Source: a virus
Reading direction: 5' to 3' (one strand)
IMG/VR virus record: IMGVR_UViG_3300034031_000020
Location: 1 to 64,000 of that record
DNA: 64,000 bases
Positions 1 to 8,591 of this stretch are shown piece by piece. Under the pieces are notes generated by a model. It was not told the DNA's origin. It saw only the letters and a list, made by a program, of their open reading frames with translations, and searched no databases. Position 1 is the first letter of the stretch. Each line of letters begins with the position of its first letter. The position numbers and the translations under genes were made by a program.

Positions 1-296
1 ACGTCACCGTCGGGTACATCCACCAGCAGTACGGCTCGGCGCTCCTCGGCGCGATCGTGGTCGCCGGTGCCCTGTGGGCCGAGAACCACCTCCACAACCT
101 CCGCCCGGTCACCCCGCGCGGCCCCCGCCCCACCCCCGCTCCGGCCCCCGCCGCGAAGCCCGCGAAGGACCCGGTCAAGGTCGCCGCCGCCCGCAAGGCA
201 GCCGCCACCCGGGCCGCCCGCAAGGCAGCCGCCCCGACCGTCACCCACCCGGACACCGCAGCCGCCCTCGGCGAGGACGTTCGCGGATACCTCTGA
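1..296 (+). CDS. partial membrane protein (5' end outside window) with Ala/Lys/Pro-rich tail
   Basis: Frame is open from position 3 (VTVGYIHQQYGSALLGAIVVAGALW...) to TGA at 294-296, with a hydrophobic stretch and GC3-rich codons. Confidence 0.65.
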   Translation, partial: VTVGYIHQQYGSALLGAIVVAGALWAENHLHNLRPVTPRGPRPTPAPAPAAKPAKDPVKVAAARKAAATRAARKAAAPTVTHPDTAAALGEDVRGYL

Positions 297-301
297 GACA
301 A

Positions 302-344
302 TCACGCCCGGGGGGTTGCATTCTCACCCCCCGGGCGTTAGGCT
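302..344 (+). promoter_or_regulatory. early promoter P1 with twin 17-bp operator-like sites
   Basis: -35 TTGCAT 316-321, 17-bp spacer, -10 TAGGCT 339-344; sites TCAC-N9-GTTG 302-318 and TCAC-N9-GTTA 324-340. Confidence 0.85.
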
Positions 345-376
345 AGGTACATCACCACCGAGGAACGGAGAACGAC

Positions 377-1666
377 ATGACCGCCGCAGGGAAGACCAAC
401 GCCAGCCGGGTCCAGATCAACGACCGGATCATCGTCAAGGTGACCCAGCTCGCCGCCGACGCCAGTTGCACCGACGCCAGCCGCACCAAGACCGGCGAGG
501 GCGTCCAGATCGCCCGGGTGATCGGCAAGGAGAAGTGCGGCAACCGGCGCGGCTACATGGTCAAGACCTCCGCCGGGACGTTCTACGCCGAGCCGGTCCA
601 GACGATGTGGCTGGCACCCGAGGACGCTGCCGGGGTCAAGCGGGCCCGGGTCGAGGCCGAGGCCGAGGACATCGCCCGGGACGCCGTCAAGGCGACCGCT
701 GGCCGAGTCGAGCGGGACCACGCCGAGGCGGTCGCGATCAACGACGAGATCGACGCCGTCGCGGAGACTCCGGCGGCGACCGCCCCCCGCTACACCGTCC
801 AGATGATCGACCGCCGCAAGGGCCGCGAGTTCGCCTACATCAACGACGCCGTGACCGGCGACGTGGCCAAGACCGCCAGTGGCATGACCGAGGCCGAGGT
901 CCAGGCCATCGCCGACAAGCTGAACGTCGACGCGGAGACCGAGAACGCCGTCCGGACTGGCGCAACCCGGGGATGCTGGACGCCGCTCGACGAGCGGGAG
1001 ACCGAGGCCCAGGTCGCGGCCTGGGAGGGGCGCCACGCCAGGCTCGGCGCCGACACCAGCCGCCAGGCGTACCCGCCCATTGCGTACCGGATGGCCGATG
1101 AGGTCGAGGCCCACGAGGAGAACGCCCGCCGGGACGCGCTGGCCGCGTGGAAGACCAGCGCGACCCGCCTCGTTGCTGGGAAACGACTGTGGGAGGACGC
1201 ACAGGCCGAGGCCCGGCAGTACCAGGACACCGGGTTCGGCCTTCTGGTGGCCACTGAGTGGGCGGCGCGGGGTACCCGGGACGACCGGTACGACGAGGCC
1301 GTCACGGCGGCCAGGGACGCCGTGTGGGTGGCGTGGGAGAACCGGCTCACTACCGCGCTAGCCCAGCACATGCTCGGCGACCCGGCGCCGGTGGTGGATG
1401 AGGTCCTCGCGCGGGCCAGCAACTACCACACGATCAGTCGCGGGGACGTCCTCCTCGGGGCGACCCGGACCGAGGAGGAGCACGTAGCGATGGCGCACAC
1501 CTGGCGGACGAGCCAGGCACCCCTCGCCGCCCGCCCCGCCGACCCCCTCGCCGGGCGGACCGACTCGGAGATGTCCCTCGTGGAGATCCTGGCCCGGGGC
1601 CGGGCCGAGGCCGCCGAGGTCTGCCAGTCCTGCAAGACCGCCGGGTGCGTGGAGTGCACCTGCTAG
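377..1666 (+). CDS. hypothetical early protein, 429 aa, C-terminal CxxC...CxxC
   Basis: SD GGAG upstream, strong codon bias, downstream of P1. Confidence 0.8.
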   Translation: MTAAGKTNASRVQINDRIIVKVTQLAADASCTDASRTKTGEGVQIARVIGKEKCGNRRGYMVKTSAGTFYAEPVQTMWLAPEDAAGVKRARVEAEAEDIARDAVKATAGRVERDHAEAVAINDEIDAVAETPAATAPRYTVQMIDRRKGREFAYINDAVTGDVAKTASGMTEAEVQAIADKLNVDAETENAVRTGATRGCWTPLDERETEAQVAAWEGRHARLGADTSRQAYPPIAYRMADEVEAHEENARRDALAAWKTSATRLVAGKRLWEDAQAEARQYQDTGFGLLVATEWAARGTRDDRYDEAVTAARDAVWVAWENRLTTALAQHMLGDPAPVVDEVLARASNYHTISRGDVLLGATRTEEEHVAMAHTWRTSQAPLAARPADPLAGRTDSEMSLVEILARGRAEAAEVCQSCKTAGCVECTC

Positions 1667-1678
1667 GACCTGAGATTG

Positions 1679-1722
1679 TCACGCCCCGGGGGTTGACGTG
1701 GTCACTCCCGGGGCGTTAGGTT
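1679..1722 (+). promoter_or_regulatory. early promoter P2 with twin operator-like sites
   Basis: TTGACG 1693-1698, 18 bp, TAGGTT 1717-1722; sites 1679-1695 and 1702-1718. Confidence 0.85.
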
Positions 1723-1809
1723 TAGGGCACAACACCACAGCACGTCACCTCGGGGGACCGGCCCGCGACAGCGAGCCGCCGCCCCTGCCGACCGAGGGAG
1801 TCTGCCGAC

Positions 1810-2037
1810 ATGTCCCGTCGCCGTTCGCACAGCCGTACCAGCCGCCACACCGGCCTCGGTCTCGCCGGGTCGCTGTTCCTGCTCCTCCTGGCCGCCGTCG
1901 GCCTCGGGGCCATCGCGCAGACCACGCCGATCCCCGACGGGGTCATCGGGTTCGCGTTCGTCGTCGTGCTCGTCGTCGCCCTGGCGACCGGGTCCGGGTC
2001 CAGCTCCAGCAGCCGCTCCGGCCGACGCCGGTACTGA
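1810..2037 (+). CDS. small two-TM membrane protein
   Basis: SD GGGAG; two hydrophobic helices. Confidence 0.75.
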   Translation: MSRRRSHSRTSRHTGLGLAGSLFLLLLAAVGLGAIAQTTPIPDGVIGFAFVVVLVVALATGSGSSSSSRSGRRRY

Positions 2038-2050
2038 CCGAGGAGAACCG

Positions 2051-2317
2051 ATGCTTGACCAGGAATTCGCCCGGCACACGTGCACCCCCACCGGCAAGGC
2101 CCTGCCGTTCGGTCGCAAGGCCCCGGAGGGTGAGTGCCTGCGCTGTGACCAGCTCCGGGCCGGGGCCGCACCCCGGGAGGCCCCACACGGGATCCGGGAG
2201 CGCAAGGCCGCCGAGGCGGAAGACGCGCGGCGCGCCACCGAAATCTCCGAGCACTTCACGGGCGAGCGCCACCGCTCCGGCGGGTGCGGGCCGGTATGCA
2301 CGTTCGGGGACTGGTAA
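2051..2317 (+). CDS. hypothetical Cys/His-rich protein
   Basis: SD AGGAG; HTC, CLRC and C-terminal CGPVCTFGDW. Confidence 0.8.
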   Translation: MLDQEFARHTCTPTGKALPFGRKAPEGECLRCDQLRAGAAPREAPHGIRERKAAEAEDARRATEISEHFTGERHRSGGCGPVCTFGDW

Positions 2318-2330
2318 CCGCTCAAGATTC

Positions 2331-2373
2331 TAACGCCCCGGGGGTTGCAGGCTCACTCCCGGGGCGTTAGACT
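2331..2373 (+). promoter_or_regulatory. early promoter P3 (leaderless transcript) with twin operator-like sites
   Basis: TTGCAG 2345-2350, 17 bp, TAGACT 2368-2373; ATG 2380 follows after 6 nt. Confidence 0.85.
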
Positions 2374-2379
2374 TCAGGT

Positions 2380-2598
2380 ATGACGAAGACGAGCACCCCC
2401 GCCAAGTTCACCACCGAGTTCGCCGCCGACATGACCGTCCAGTACAAGACGGTCAGCAAGGTCCGGCTCGTCGAGCTGGTCGAGGACTTCGGGCGCTCGC
2501 AGAGCTGGAAGGTCATCCCGCTGACCGGCCCGGCGAAGTTCCGGGGTGTCGAGACGGTCGTCTACCTCCGCACCGACGGCTCCGTCCAGCTCTACTGA
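2380..2598 (+). CDS. hypothetical protein, leaderless
   Basis: ATG at the predicted +1 of P3; codon bias. Confidence 0.8.
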   Translation: MTKTSTPAKFTTEFAADMTVQYKTVSKVRLVELVEDFGRSQSWKVIPLTGPAKFRGVETVVYLRTDGSVQLY

Positions 2599-2609
2599 CC
2601 CACCCGCCC

Positions 2610-2633
2610 GCCGGGCCCCGACCGGGGCCCGGC
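2610..2633 (+). terminator. GC hairpin, possible terminator or processing site (second copy at 2972-2996)
   Basis: GCCGGGCCCCG-AC-CGGGGCCCGGC; no U tract. Confidence 0.5.
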
Positions 2634-2657
2634 CACACAACCCGACAGGGAGAGACC

Positions 2658-2963
2658 GTGAAGCGCAGTGCCAATGCCTCGAAGCGACAGATCGTCCTCG
2701 TAAAGATCAGAATCATCGCGGAGCGGGCCAACTGGATCAAGAGCACGTGGAAGGTTCCGACGACCGTCTACGTCGAGCCCGCCAACCGCCAGCCAGGCGA
2801 GAGCCTGCACCTCCGACCCCGCCAGGAGGACGAGTACCCGGAGAACCGGGCCGACGCCTGGTACGACCTCGCCAGGCAGGCCGCCGCGATGGCGCGGGAG
2901 GCTGAGCAGCTCCGGGCCTTCGCGATGAAGGAGTACGAGCGGATCAACTCCGCCGCCACCTAG
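2658..2963 (+). CDS. hypothetical protein
   Basis: SD GGGAG, GTG start. Confidence 0.7.
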   Translation: MKRSANASKRQIVLVKIRIIAERANWIKSTWKVPTTVYVEPANRQPGESLHLRPRQEDEYPENRADAWYDLARQAAAMAREAEQLRAFAMKEYERINSAAT

Positions 2964-2971
2964 ACCCGCCC

Positions 2972-2996
2972 GCCGGGCCCCGGTTCGGGGCCCGGC
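2972..2996 (+). terminator. GC hairpin, duplicate of 2610-2633
   Basis: GCCGGGCCCCG-GTT-CGGGGCCCGGC. Confidence 0.5.
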
Positions 2997-3033
2997 AGCC
3001 AAAATGATCATCGCAGCACTCTGGAGGCATTAA

Positions 3034-3525
3034 ATGATCACCACAGCTACCCGACACCTGACGGCTTCGATGGTCGTCTTCGATGCCGAGACCATCGACC
3101 ATGCTCCCCGCGTACTGCTGGTACACCACAACGCCACCGGCAAATGGGTGTTCCCCGGCGGACACGTGGACGAGAACGAAAGCCCCCATGAGGCTGCTAT
3201 CCGCGAAGTGCTGGAGGAGACGAAGGTCCAGGCGGCCATCGAGCCTGACCCCGCGCTGCCCGGCCTGAATCAGCATCCCGCGCCGTTCATGGTGGCCGAG
3301 TTCCCGGCACCCGCGAAGCCGGAACGGCCGGGCAAGCCTGCCGAAGTGGCCCACTCGCATATCGACATGCTGTACGTGGGGACAGCGAGGTGCGCGGCCC
3401 TTGAGGCCGCCCTTGACGAGGTATCCGACGTGCGATGGGTACATGCGGCCGACCTCAACGAGCTTGATGTGCGTGCCGAGGTACCAGGCGTGGCCCGTGC
3501 CGCCTGGTACTGGGTGACGCGATAA
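3034..3525 (+). CDS. NUDIX hydrolase
   Basis: Nudix box GGHVDENESPHEAAIREVLEET. Confidence 0.92.
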   Translation: MITTATRHLTASMVVFDAETIDHAPRVLLVHHNATGKWVFPGGHVDENESPHEAAIREVLEETKVQAAIEPDPALPGLNQHPAPFMVAEFPAPAKPERPGKPAEVAHSHIDMLYVGTARCAALEAALDEVSDVRWVHAADLNELDVRAEVPGVARAAWYWVTR

Positions 3526-3547
3526 TTTCGACCAGAGAAGGAGAGCC

Positions 3548-3976
3548 ATGGAACTCCAGGACATCGCCACCGCTCCCAAGTTCGTCCAGCATCAGGCCGC
3601 ACACGCCCTGGCGACGCAGCGCGCCATGAGCGCGCGACTCGGCAAGATCCGGGAGATCGTCATCGGACGGTGGCCTGGCCGGTACGTCGGCGAGGTCCTG
3701 CCGCTCGACGGATCCAATCCGACCGACGACACCATCCCCGCCGGGGACATCTCCAACGACGTGTATGTGGTGGAGGTCCTCGGCAAGGACCCCGACGACC
3801 CCATGTGGACGACGGTCGTTCACGGCGAGTCGGACCGGATGCTGTTCTCCGGCGACGCCGCCCGGTGGACCGCGATCCTCCACGCCATCGCACAGATCCA
3901 CAGCGGGTCGGACAGTCACGCGACCGCCGCGTTCTACGCGGGCCGGGTCCTCGGCCTGCCGGAGACGAAGGACTGA
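3548..3976 (+). CDS. hypothetical protein
   Basis: SD AAGGAG, codon bias. Confidence 0.8.
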   Translation: MELQDIATAPKFVQHQAAHALATQRAMSARLGKIREIVIGRWPGRYVGEVLPLDGSNPTDDTIPAGDISNDVYVVEVLGKDPDDPMWTTVVHGESDRMLFSGDAARWTAILHAIAQIHSGSDSHATAAFYAGRVLGLPETKD

Positions 3977-3980
3977 TTCA

Positions 3981-4023
3981 TCACGCCCCGGGGGTTGCGG
4001 TCTAACCCCCGGGGCGTTAAGCT
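3981..4023 (+). promoter_or_regulatory. early promoter P4 (leaderless) with twin operator-like sites
   Basis: TTGCGG 3995-4000, 17 bp, TAAGCT 4018-4023; ATG 4030. Confidence 0.85.
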
Positions 4024-4029
4024 TCAGGT

Positions 4030-4221
4030 ATGACGCAGACGATGAAGCCCCGGGGATTCTGGAACCTGGCCAACCGCGAGATCCAGATCGACGGCACCTG
4101 GCACCAGCTCGGAAGGTGCTCCCTGATCGGCTCCCGCAACTGGACGATCCGGGACGCCAGCGGCGAGATCCTCGCCCGCTGCTCCGGGAACGCCGAGTTC
4201 CAGATCCGCGAGATCGTCTGA
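4030..4221 (+). CDS. hypothetical protein, leaderless
   Basis: ATG 6 nt after the -10 of P4, same TCAGGT-ATG context as P3. Confidence 0.75.
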   Translation: MTQTMKPRGFWNLANREIQIDGTWHQLGRCSLIGSRNWTIRDASGEILARCSGNAEFQIREIV

Positions 4222-4264
4222 AACCCCCGCCCGCATCCACGACCACCAGGGAGCGACCACGGCC

Positions 4265-4597
4265 ATGTTCTTCGAGAAGCCCGGAAGCGTGAAGATCCTG
4301 TACACCGTCGCCGTGACTGGCGGCATGACGTCGGTCCGAGGGGCCGACATGACGCGGGACGTCGTCCCCGAGGTCGCACAGGTCGAGTTCTGGGCCGACG
4401 ACGACGGCATCTCCTGGACCGTCAGGGTCCAGGGCCACGTCCAGCGCAAGGACGGCACCGCAGGGGCCTCGATCCAGGAACACGAGTTCTCGTCGTTCTG
4501 GCACAGCCACGGCATTACCGCGCCGGAGGCTGTCCTGGCGTTCGTCGAGCGGTTCCAGCCGAGGGCGGTCGCGGCGATTGCCGCCGGGAGGGAGTAG
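4265..4597 (+). CDS. hypothetical protein
   Basis: SD GGGAG, codon bias. Confidence 0.75.
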   Translation: MFFEKPGSVKILYTVAVTGGMTSVRGADMTRDVVPEVAQVEFWADDDGISWTVRVQGHVQRKDGTAGASIQEHEFSSFWHSHGITAPEAVLAFVERFQPRAVAAIAAGRE

Positions 4598-4682
4598 CCC
4601 GGACCGGTAGATCACCCGCGAGAGCTCCGGCCACTGACCCACCTGCCGGGCCCACCCGGCACCCACGATCGAGAGGTACGAC

Positions 4683-5033
4683 ATGACCGCCACCGCAGCA
4701 CGCCGCATGTTCAAGCTCCAGTCCTCCACCACCACCGCGACGTACGCCGTCGACGGCGGGCCCACCACCGAACTACCCGACATGACGCTCGGGAATCTGG
4801 ACTGGGTGACCGGCTCGCTGTTCTTCACCCCGACCGAGGTCGCCGTCTGCGTGAACTGGACGACCGGGCTCACCGTCATCGAACTCACCGGCCCCCGCAC
4901 CCGCGACGAGAAGAGCAGCGGGTGGCACCGAATCACGCTCGGTCACTACGGCGAGGGCCACACCTCCGAGTATCAGATCGTCCGGGACGTCGTCAGCCAG
5001 GTCGTCACCGACCACGCTCCCCGCAAGGTCTGA
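4683..5033 (+). CDS. hypothetical protein
   Basis: SD GAGG, codon bias. Confidence 0.75.
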   Translation: MTATAARRMFKLQSSTTTATYAVDGGPTTELPDMTLGNLDWVTGSLFFTPTEVAVCVNWTTGLTVIELTGPRTRDEKSSGWHRITLGHYGEGHTSEYQIVRDVVSQVVTDHAPRKV

Positions 5034-5109
5034 CCCCCATGCGTCCGGCCGGGTGGGGGCCCGGCTGGGCCATGGACGCCAGAACCCGACGCACGAGAGG
5101 ACGAACACC

Positions 5110-5772
5110 ATGCCTGCCGACACCATCGCCCCACGCTGGCAGCTCACCACGAAGGACATGCTCGCCGCCATGGCCGTTGACCTCCCGGAGGCCGAGCTGG
5201 ACGGGTACCGCATCGAGCGCTTCATCGTCGGCACCGACGTGCGCTCACAGATCGAGCGCTCCAGGCTCGGCGCCAGGGCGCCGCTGCCGGGCACGTACAC
5301 CCGGCTCCGCAGGGGCAACCGGGTGTGGATGTCCGATGTCACCGCCGAGCGGACGGACCACCTGGAGCCGCTGGTTCAGATCGCGGACCGCCGGGCCCGC
5401 CGCGTCGTGATCAACGGCCTCGGCCTCGGGATGGTCGTCAAGGCGGCCCTGGCCTTCGACCACGTCGAACACATCGACGTGGTCGAGGTGAGCCCGATCG
5501 TCGCGAAGCTCGTCGGCCCGACGTACGAGGCCACCGGCCGGGTTCGGGTCCACGTCGCGGACGCGTTCGCACAGATGACCCGCTGGCGCAAGGGGACCCG
5601 GTGGGACGTCGGCTGGTCGGACATCTGGCCGGACCTATGCACGGACAACCTCCCGGCGATGGCCAGGCTGAACCGCTCCTACGGGCACCGCTGCGACTGG
5701 CACGCGTGCTGGAGCCAGCGGGATGTCCGTGCCCACGCCGTGCGGGAGCGGATGCGGAGCGGGTGCTGGTAG
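5110..5772 (+). CDS. class I SAM-dependent methyltransferase (spermidine-synthase-like fold)
   Basis: Motif I VINGLGLGM, acidic VVE at the end of beta2, ADAF, DIW; start taken at the ATG after SD GAGG. Confidence 0.8.
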   Translation: MPADTIAPRWQLTTKDMLAAMAVDLPEAELDGYRIERFIVGTDVRSQIERSRLGARAPLPGTYTRLRRGNRVWMSDVTAERTDHLEPLVQIADRRARRVVINGLGLGMVVKAALAFDHVEHIDVVEVSPIVAKLVGPTYEATGRVRVHVADAFAQMTRWRKGTRWDVGWSDIWPDLCTDNLPAMARLNRSYGHRCDWHACWSQRDVRAHAVRERMRSGCW

Positions 5773-5778
5773 AACTGA

Positions 5779-5821
5779 TCACGCCCCGGGGGTTGCAAGC
5801 TCACCCCCGGGGCGTTATGCT
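5779..5821 (+). promoter_or_regulatory. early promoter P5 with twin operator-like sites
   Basis: TTGCAA 5793-5798, 17 bp, TATGCT 5816-5821. Confidence 0.85.
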
Positions 5822-5855
5822 GTGTACGTAGCCGCCGCAACGGAAGGACACGAGG

Positions 5856-6470
5856 ATGAAGATCACGGACATCAAGACCGGAGTCCGGTACCTCTACGCG
5901 ACAAGCCCCGACTGGATCAAGTACCTCAACGCCTACAACCGGTTTGAGGTCCGGATCGACGACCTGACCCGCTACAGGAAGGCGGGCCTCTACAAGAACT
6001 CGTACCACGAGGACCCGAAAGGCTCGTACCTCAAGGCCCGCCGGATCATCACCCAGGCCGTGGGCGACGGTACCCAGATCGAGCAGGAGGAAATGGACGT
6101 CTTCGTGATGGCCCGGTTCCTTGTCGGCGAGTACGCCGAGTGCAAGCGCCGGGCCGACGAGCACCGTGCGGCGATGACCACCGCACGTAACGAACTGGAG
6201 ACCGCCGCTACCGCTGCTGCCGCCCGAGCCGCGAAGCTCGCCGCGCGAGTGAAGACCCTCGGTCTCGATGGGGCGATCGTCGTCACGGCGGATCGGGGAA
6301 GCGAGTACCTGGGGGAGCGCCCAAAGGTCAAGGTCCGCTTCGGCCGTGACGTCGAATCGGTCCTGGACGATCTCCTGTCCCGCCTGGAGCGGGCGTCAAC
6401 GCGCGACCGTCAGTGCCCGGCGGGTCCCGCGTGCTCCGGAGCCGCCTTCCCGGGTCACCCGGCGCATTGA
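5856..6470 (+). CDS. hypothetical protein
   Basis: SD AAGGA, downstream of P5. Confidence 0.75.
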   Translation: MKITDIKTGVRYLYATSPDWIKYLNAYNRFEVRIDDLTRYRKAGLYKNSYHEDPKGSYLKARRIITQAVGDGTQIEQEEMDVFVMARFLVGEYAECKRRADEHRAAMTTARNELETAATAAAARAAKLAARVKTLGLDGAIVVTADRGSEYLGERPKVKVRFGRDVESVLDDLLSRLERASTRDRQCPAGPACSGAAFPGHPAH

Positions 6471-6475
6471 GCAAG

Positions 6476-6518
6476 TCACCCCCGGGGGGTTGCAGGATCA
6501 CACCCCGGGGGTTATGCT
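6476..6518 (+). promoter_or_regulatory. early promoter P6 with twin operator-like sites
   Basis: TTGCAG 6490-6495, 17 bp, TATGCT 6513-6518. Confidence 0.85.
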
Positions 6519-6654
6519 GAGAGGGTAAGTCAGACAGAGCCCCTGGCGGGGGCACCCGTTCCGCCCCGACACCCCGCAACGGGGGTGAGCGGCTCCGGCG
6601 AGTAGCCCCCGCCAGGCAAACCCCATCACCACCAACCGAAAGGAGGGGGTCCCG

Positions 6655-7026
6655 ATGCCGGGACGTGACCCCGACGCCGCGCAGCGATCCGCTGCCGTCG
6701 CTGCGGAGATTCGCGCCGTTATGAAGCAGCAGGGCCTATCCGGCGCTGAACTGGCTGACCGCCTGCGGGACGCCGGGGTCCAGGTCTCGAACGCCATGTG
6801 GGTCACACGTCGGCTCACGGGCCAGGTCAACCTCGTCGAGCCGGAACGCGTCATCTACGGCCCCACGGACGACCTGGCCGCCATCGCCGAGGTACTCAAG
6901 GTCGACCCGAAGCGGTTCGTTCGGGTCGTCAACAGCAAGGCCAGTCACGCGGCGACGTCCGCCACCGGTGGACGTCGCCGCGCACACGCCGCCGCGTACG
7001 ACTCGCCCGACCAGGCCGCCGAGTAA
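6655..7026 (+). CDS. XRE/Cro-like helix-turn-helix DNA-binding protein, candidate repressor
   Basis: VAAEIRAVMKQQGLSGAELADRL...WVTRRLTG pattern typical of actinobacterial XRE HTH. Confidence 0.75.
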   Translation: MPGRDPDAAQRSAAVAAEIRAVMKQQGLSGAELADRLRDAGVQVSNAMWVTRRLTGQVNLVEPERVIYGPTDDLAAIAEVLKVDPKRFVRVVNSKASHAATSATGGRRRAHAAAYDSPDQAAE

Positions 7027-7080
7027 CACCCCGCCGATCGAACCCCAGTAGCACCACCGATCGAAAGAGAGCCGATCTCC

Positions 7081-8382
7081 GTGGAACTCACCGCCCGCAA
7101 CACCGACCTCCAGACCCTCGCCACCCTCCTGAAGACGCAGGAGGGGGCGAAGGCCGACGCGATCATCCCCGCGACGAAGCTCACCGCGACCAACACCGGA
7201 GAGATCCTCATCGACGGGACAGAGCCGCTGAAGGTGGCCGACGAGATCCTCACCGACGACGGCGTCACCCCCGCGAAGTACCTCGACATGAACGGGGCGT
7301 ACACCCTGTCCGAGACCGCCGTCCGGCACTTCGCGGAGCGGCTCGGCATCGACACCCGGTACGCCCGCAAGCTCGCCGACCGGCGCCCCGACATCCTCGC
7401 CGCGAACATCAACGGCTGGATCCACGGGCACAAGGACTCGACGCTGACCGACAGCGAGACGATCCCCGGCGGGCTGGAGCACAAGACCATCCACCCCACC
7501 GACCCCCGCTCGTTCACCGTGCGGGCGTTCCACACCCCCGAGGGCAAGTTCTTCCGGGGTCTGCTCTCCGACCGGTACTCCGTGATCGACAACCTTGACG
7601 TGCTCGACTCCGTGCTCCGGGGCATCCAGGCCGCCGGGCTCGACCGTGACAGCCTCGTCATCTCCGGGTGCGACCTGACGGAGAACCGGATGCGAGTCCG
7701 GGTCCTCGTCCCGGCGGCCGTCATCGCGGCACCGGCGCTGTTCGCCGGGTACCGGGACCCGTTCGAGGGCCGGGACGTCCGGGTCGGCGGGCGCGGCGGC
7801 TGGACCATCGAGCAGGCCCGCGAGGCTGCCGCCCGGGAGGGTCAGAGCTACGAGCCGGGCACCGAGCCGATCATGTGGGCGGGGTTCGAGTTCGGTAACG
7901 GGGAGCTTGGCGACGCCGCGACGTACGTCGTTCCCCGCGCTGAGGCGTTGATCTGCCGGAACGGTCTCGTCCTGCCGTTGGACGCCACCCGCAAGACCCA
8001 CGTCGGCGAACGGCTGGAGGAGGGCGTCATCAACTGGTCGGGGGAGACCCGGCGGCGTCAGCTCGAACTGATCACCTCGAAGGTCGCCGACGCGGTCCGC
8101 GAGTTCGCCTCCGTCGGGTTCTGGGAGGCGAAGGTCGCCGAGCTGAGCGAGCTCGCGGCGAAGCCCGTCACGGACGCTGACAAGACCATCAAGGCCGTGT
8201 CGAAGACGATGCGGTTCTCCGAGGTGGAGCAGACGTCGATCCTGGACATGTTCATCCACGGCGGGCAGATGACCGCCGCCGGGGTCATGAACGCGGTCAC
8301 GGCCGCAGCGCAGACGATCGCCGACCCGGACCGGGCCGCCGAGGTCGAGCGGACCGCCGTCAGGGTCCTCGCCGCCGTCTGA
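7081..8382 (+). CDS. DUF932-family protein
   Basis: RGLLSDRYSVIDN, GFEFGNGELG, LICRNGL and RKTHVG motifs. Confidence 0.75.
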   Translation: MELTARNTDLQTLATLLKTQEGAKADAIIPATKLTATNTGEILIDGTEPLKVADEILTDDGVTPAKYLDMNGAYTLSETAVRHFAERLGIDTRYARKLADRRPDILAANINGWIHGHKDSTLTDSETIPGGLEHKTIHPTDPRSFTVRAFHTPEGKFFRGLLSDRYSVIDNLDVLDSVLRGIQAAGLDRDSLVISGCDLTENRMRVRVLVPAAVIAAPALFAGYRDPFEGRDVRVGGRGGWTIEQAREAAAREGQSYEPGTEPIMWAGFEFGNGELGDAATYVVPRAEALICRNGLVLPLDATRKTHVGERLEEGVINWSGETRRRQLELITSKVADAVREFASVGFWEAKVAELSELAAKPVTDADKTIKAVSKTMRFSEVEQTSILDMFIHGGQMTAAGVMNAVTAAAQTIADPDRAAEVERTAVRVLAAV

Positions 8383-8432
8383 TCCACATGAAGCACGGCG
8401 CGCCCCGTCTAGTAGGTCCGGGGAAAGCGTCG

Positions 8433-8515
8433 GTCACGGAGCAGTCCAGCCGTTGCAGCGGCGGGGACGCCAGGCCCGGCCGGGGCCTGTGAGGGTTCGA
8501 GTCCCTCCCGTGACA
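8433..8515 (+). ncRNA. tRNA-like element 1 (acceptor stem + T-arm, non-canonical D/anticodon arms)
   Basis: GTCACGG/CCGTGAC 7-bp stem; GAGGG-TTCGAGT-CCCTC T-arm; two internal hairpins; no encoded CCA. Confidence 0.6.
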
Positions 8516-8591
8516 CGGGAGCAATCCACGGTGAGCAGACCACCATTCCCCGCGAGGGGTGCAATGGTTACCAGGTCAAAAACCCGTGGGG

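Noticed and set aside
5110-5772. DNA methyltransferase or restriction-modification component
   Set aside because: No DPPY/NPPY or PC catalytic motif; it resembles spermidine-synthase-like small-molecule/protein methyltransferases
302-6518. Recurrent ~40-bp repeats as a CRISPR array or insertion-sequence ends
   Set aside because: Spacing is 0.6-1.8 kb with whole genes between copies, each copy contains -35/-10 boxes, and there are no cas or transposase genes
6736-8259. Long minus-strand ORFs (also 3455-4936, 31195-32706, 43000-44349, 46835-48184, 57838-59403)
   Set aside because: Antisense shadows of well-supported plus-strand genes, typical of ~70% GC DNA
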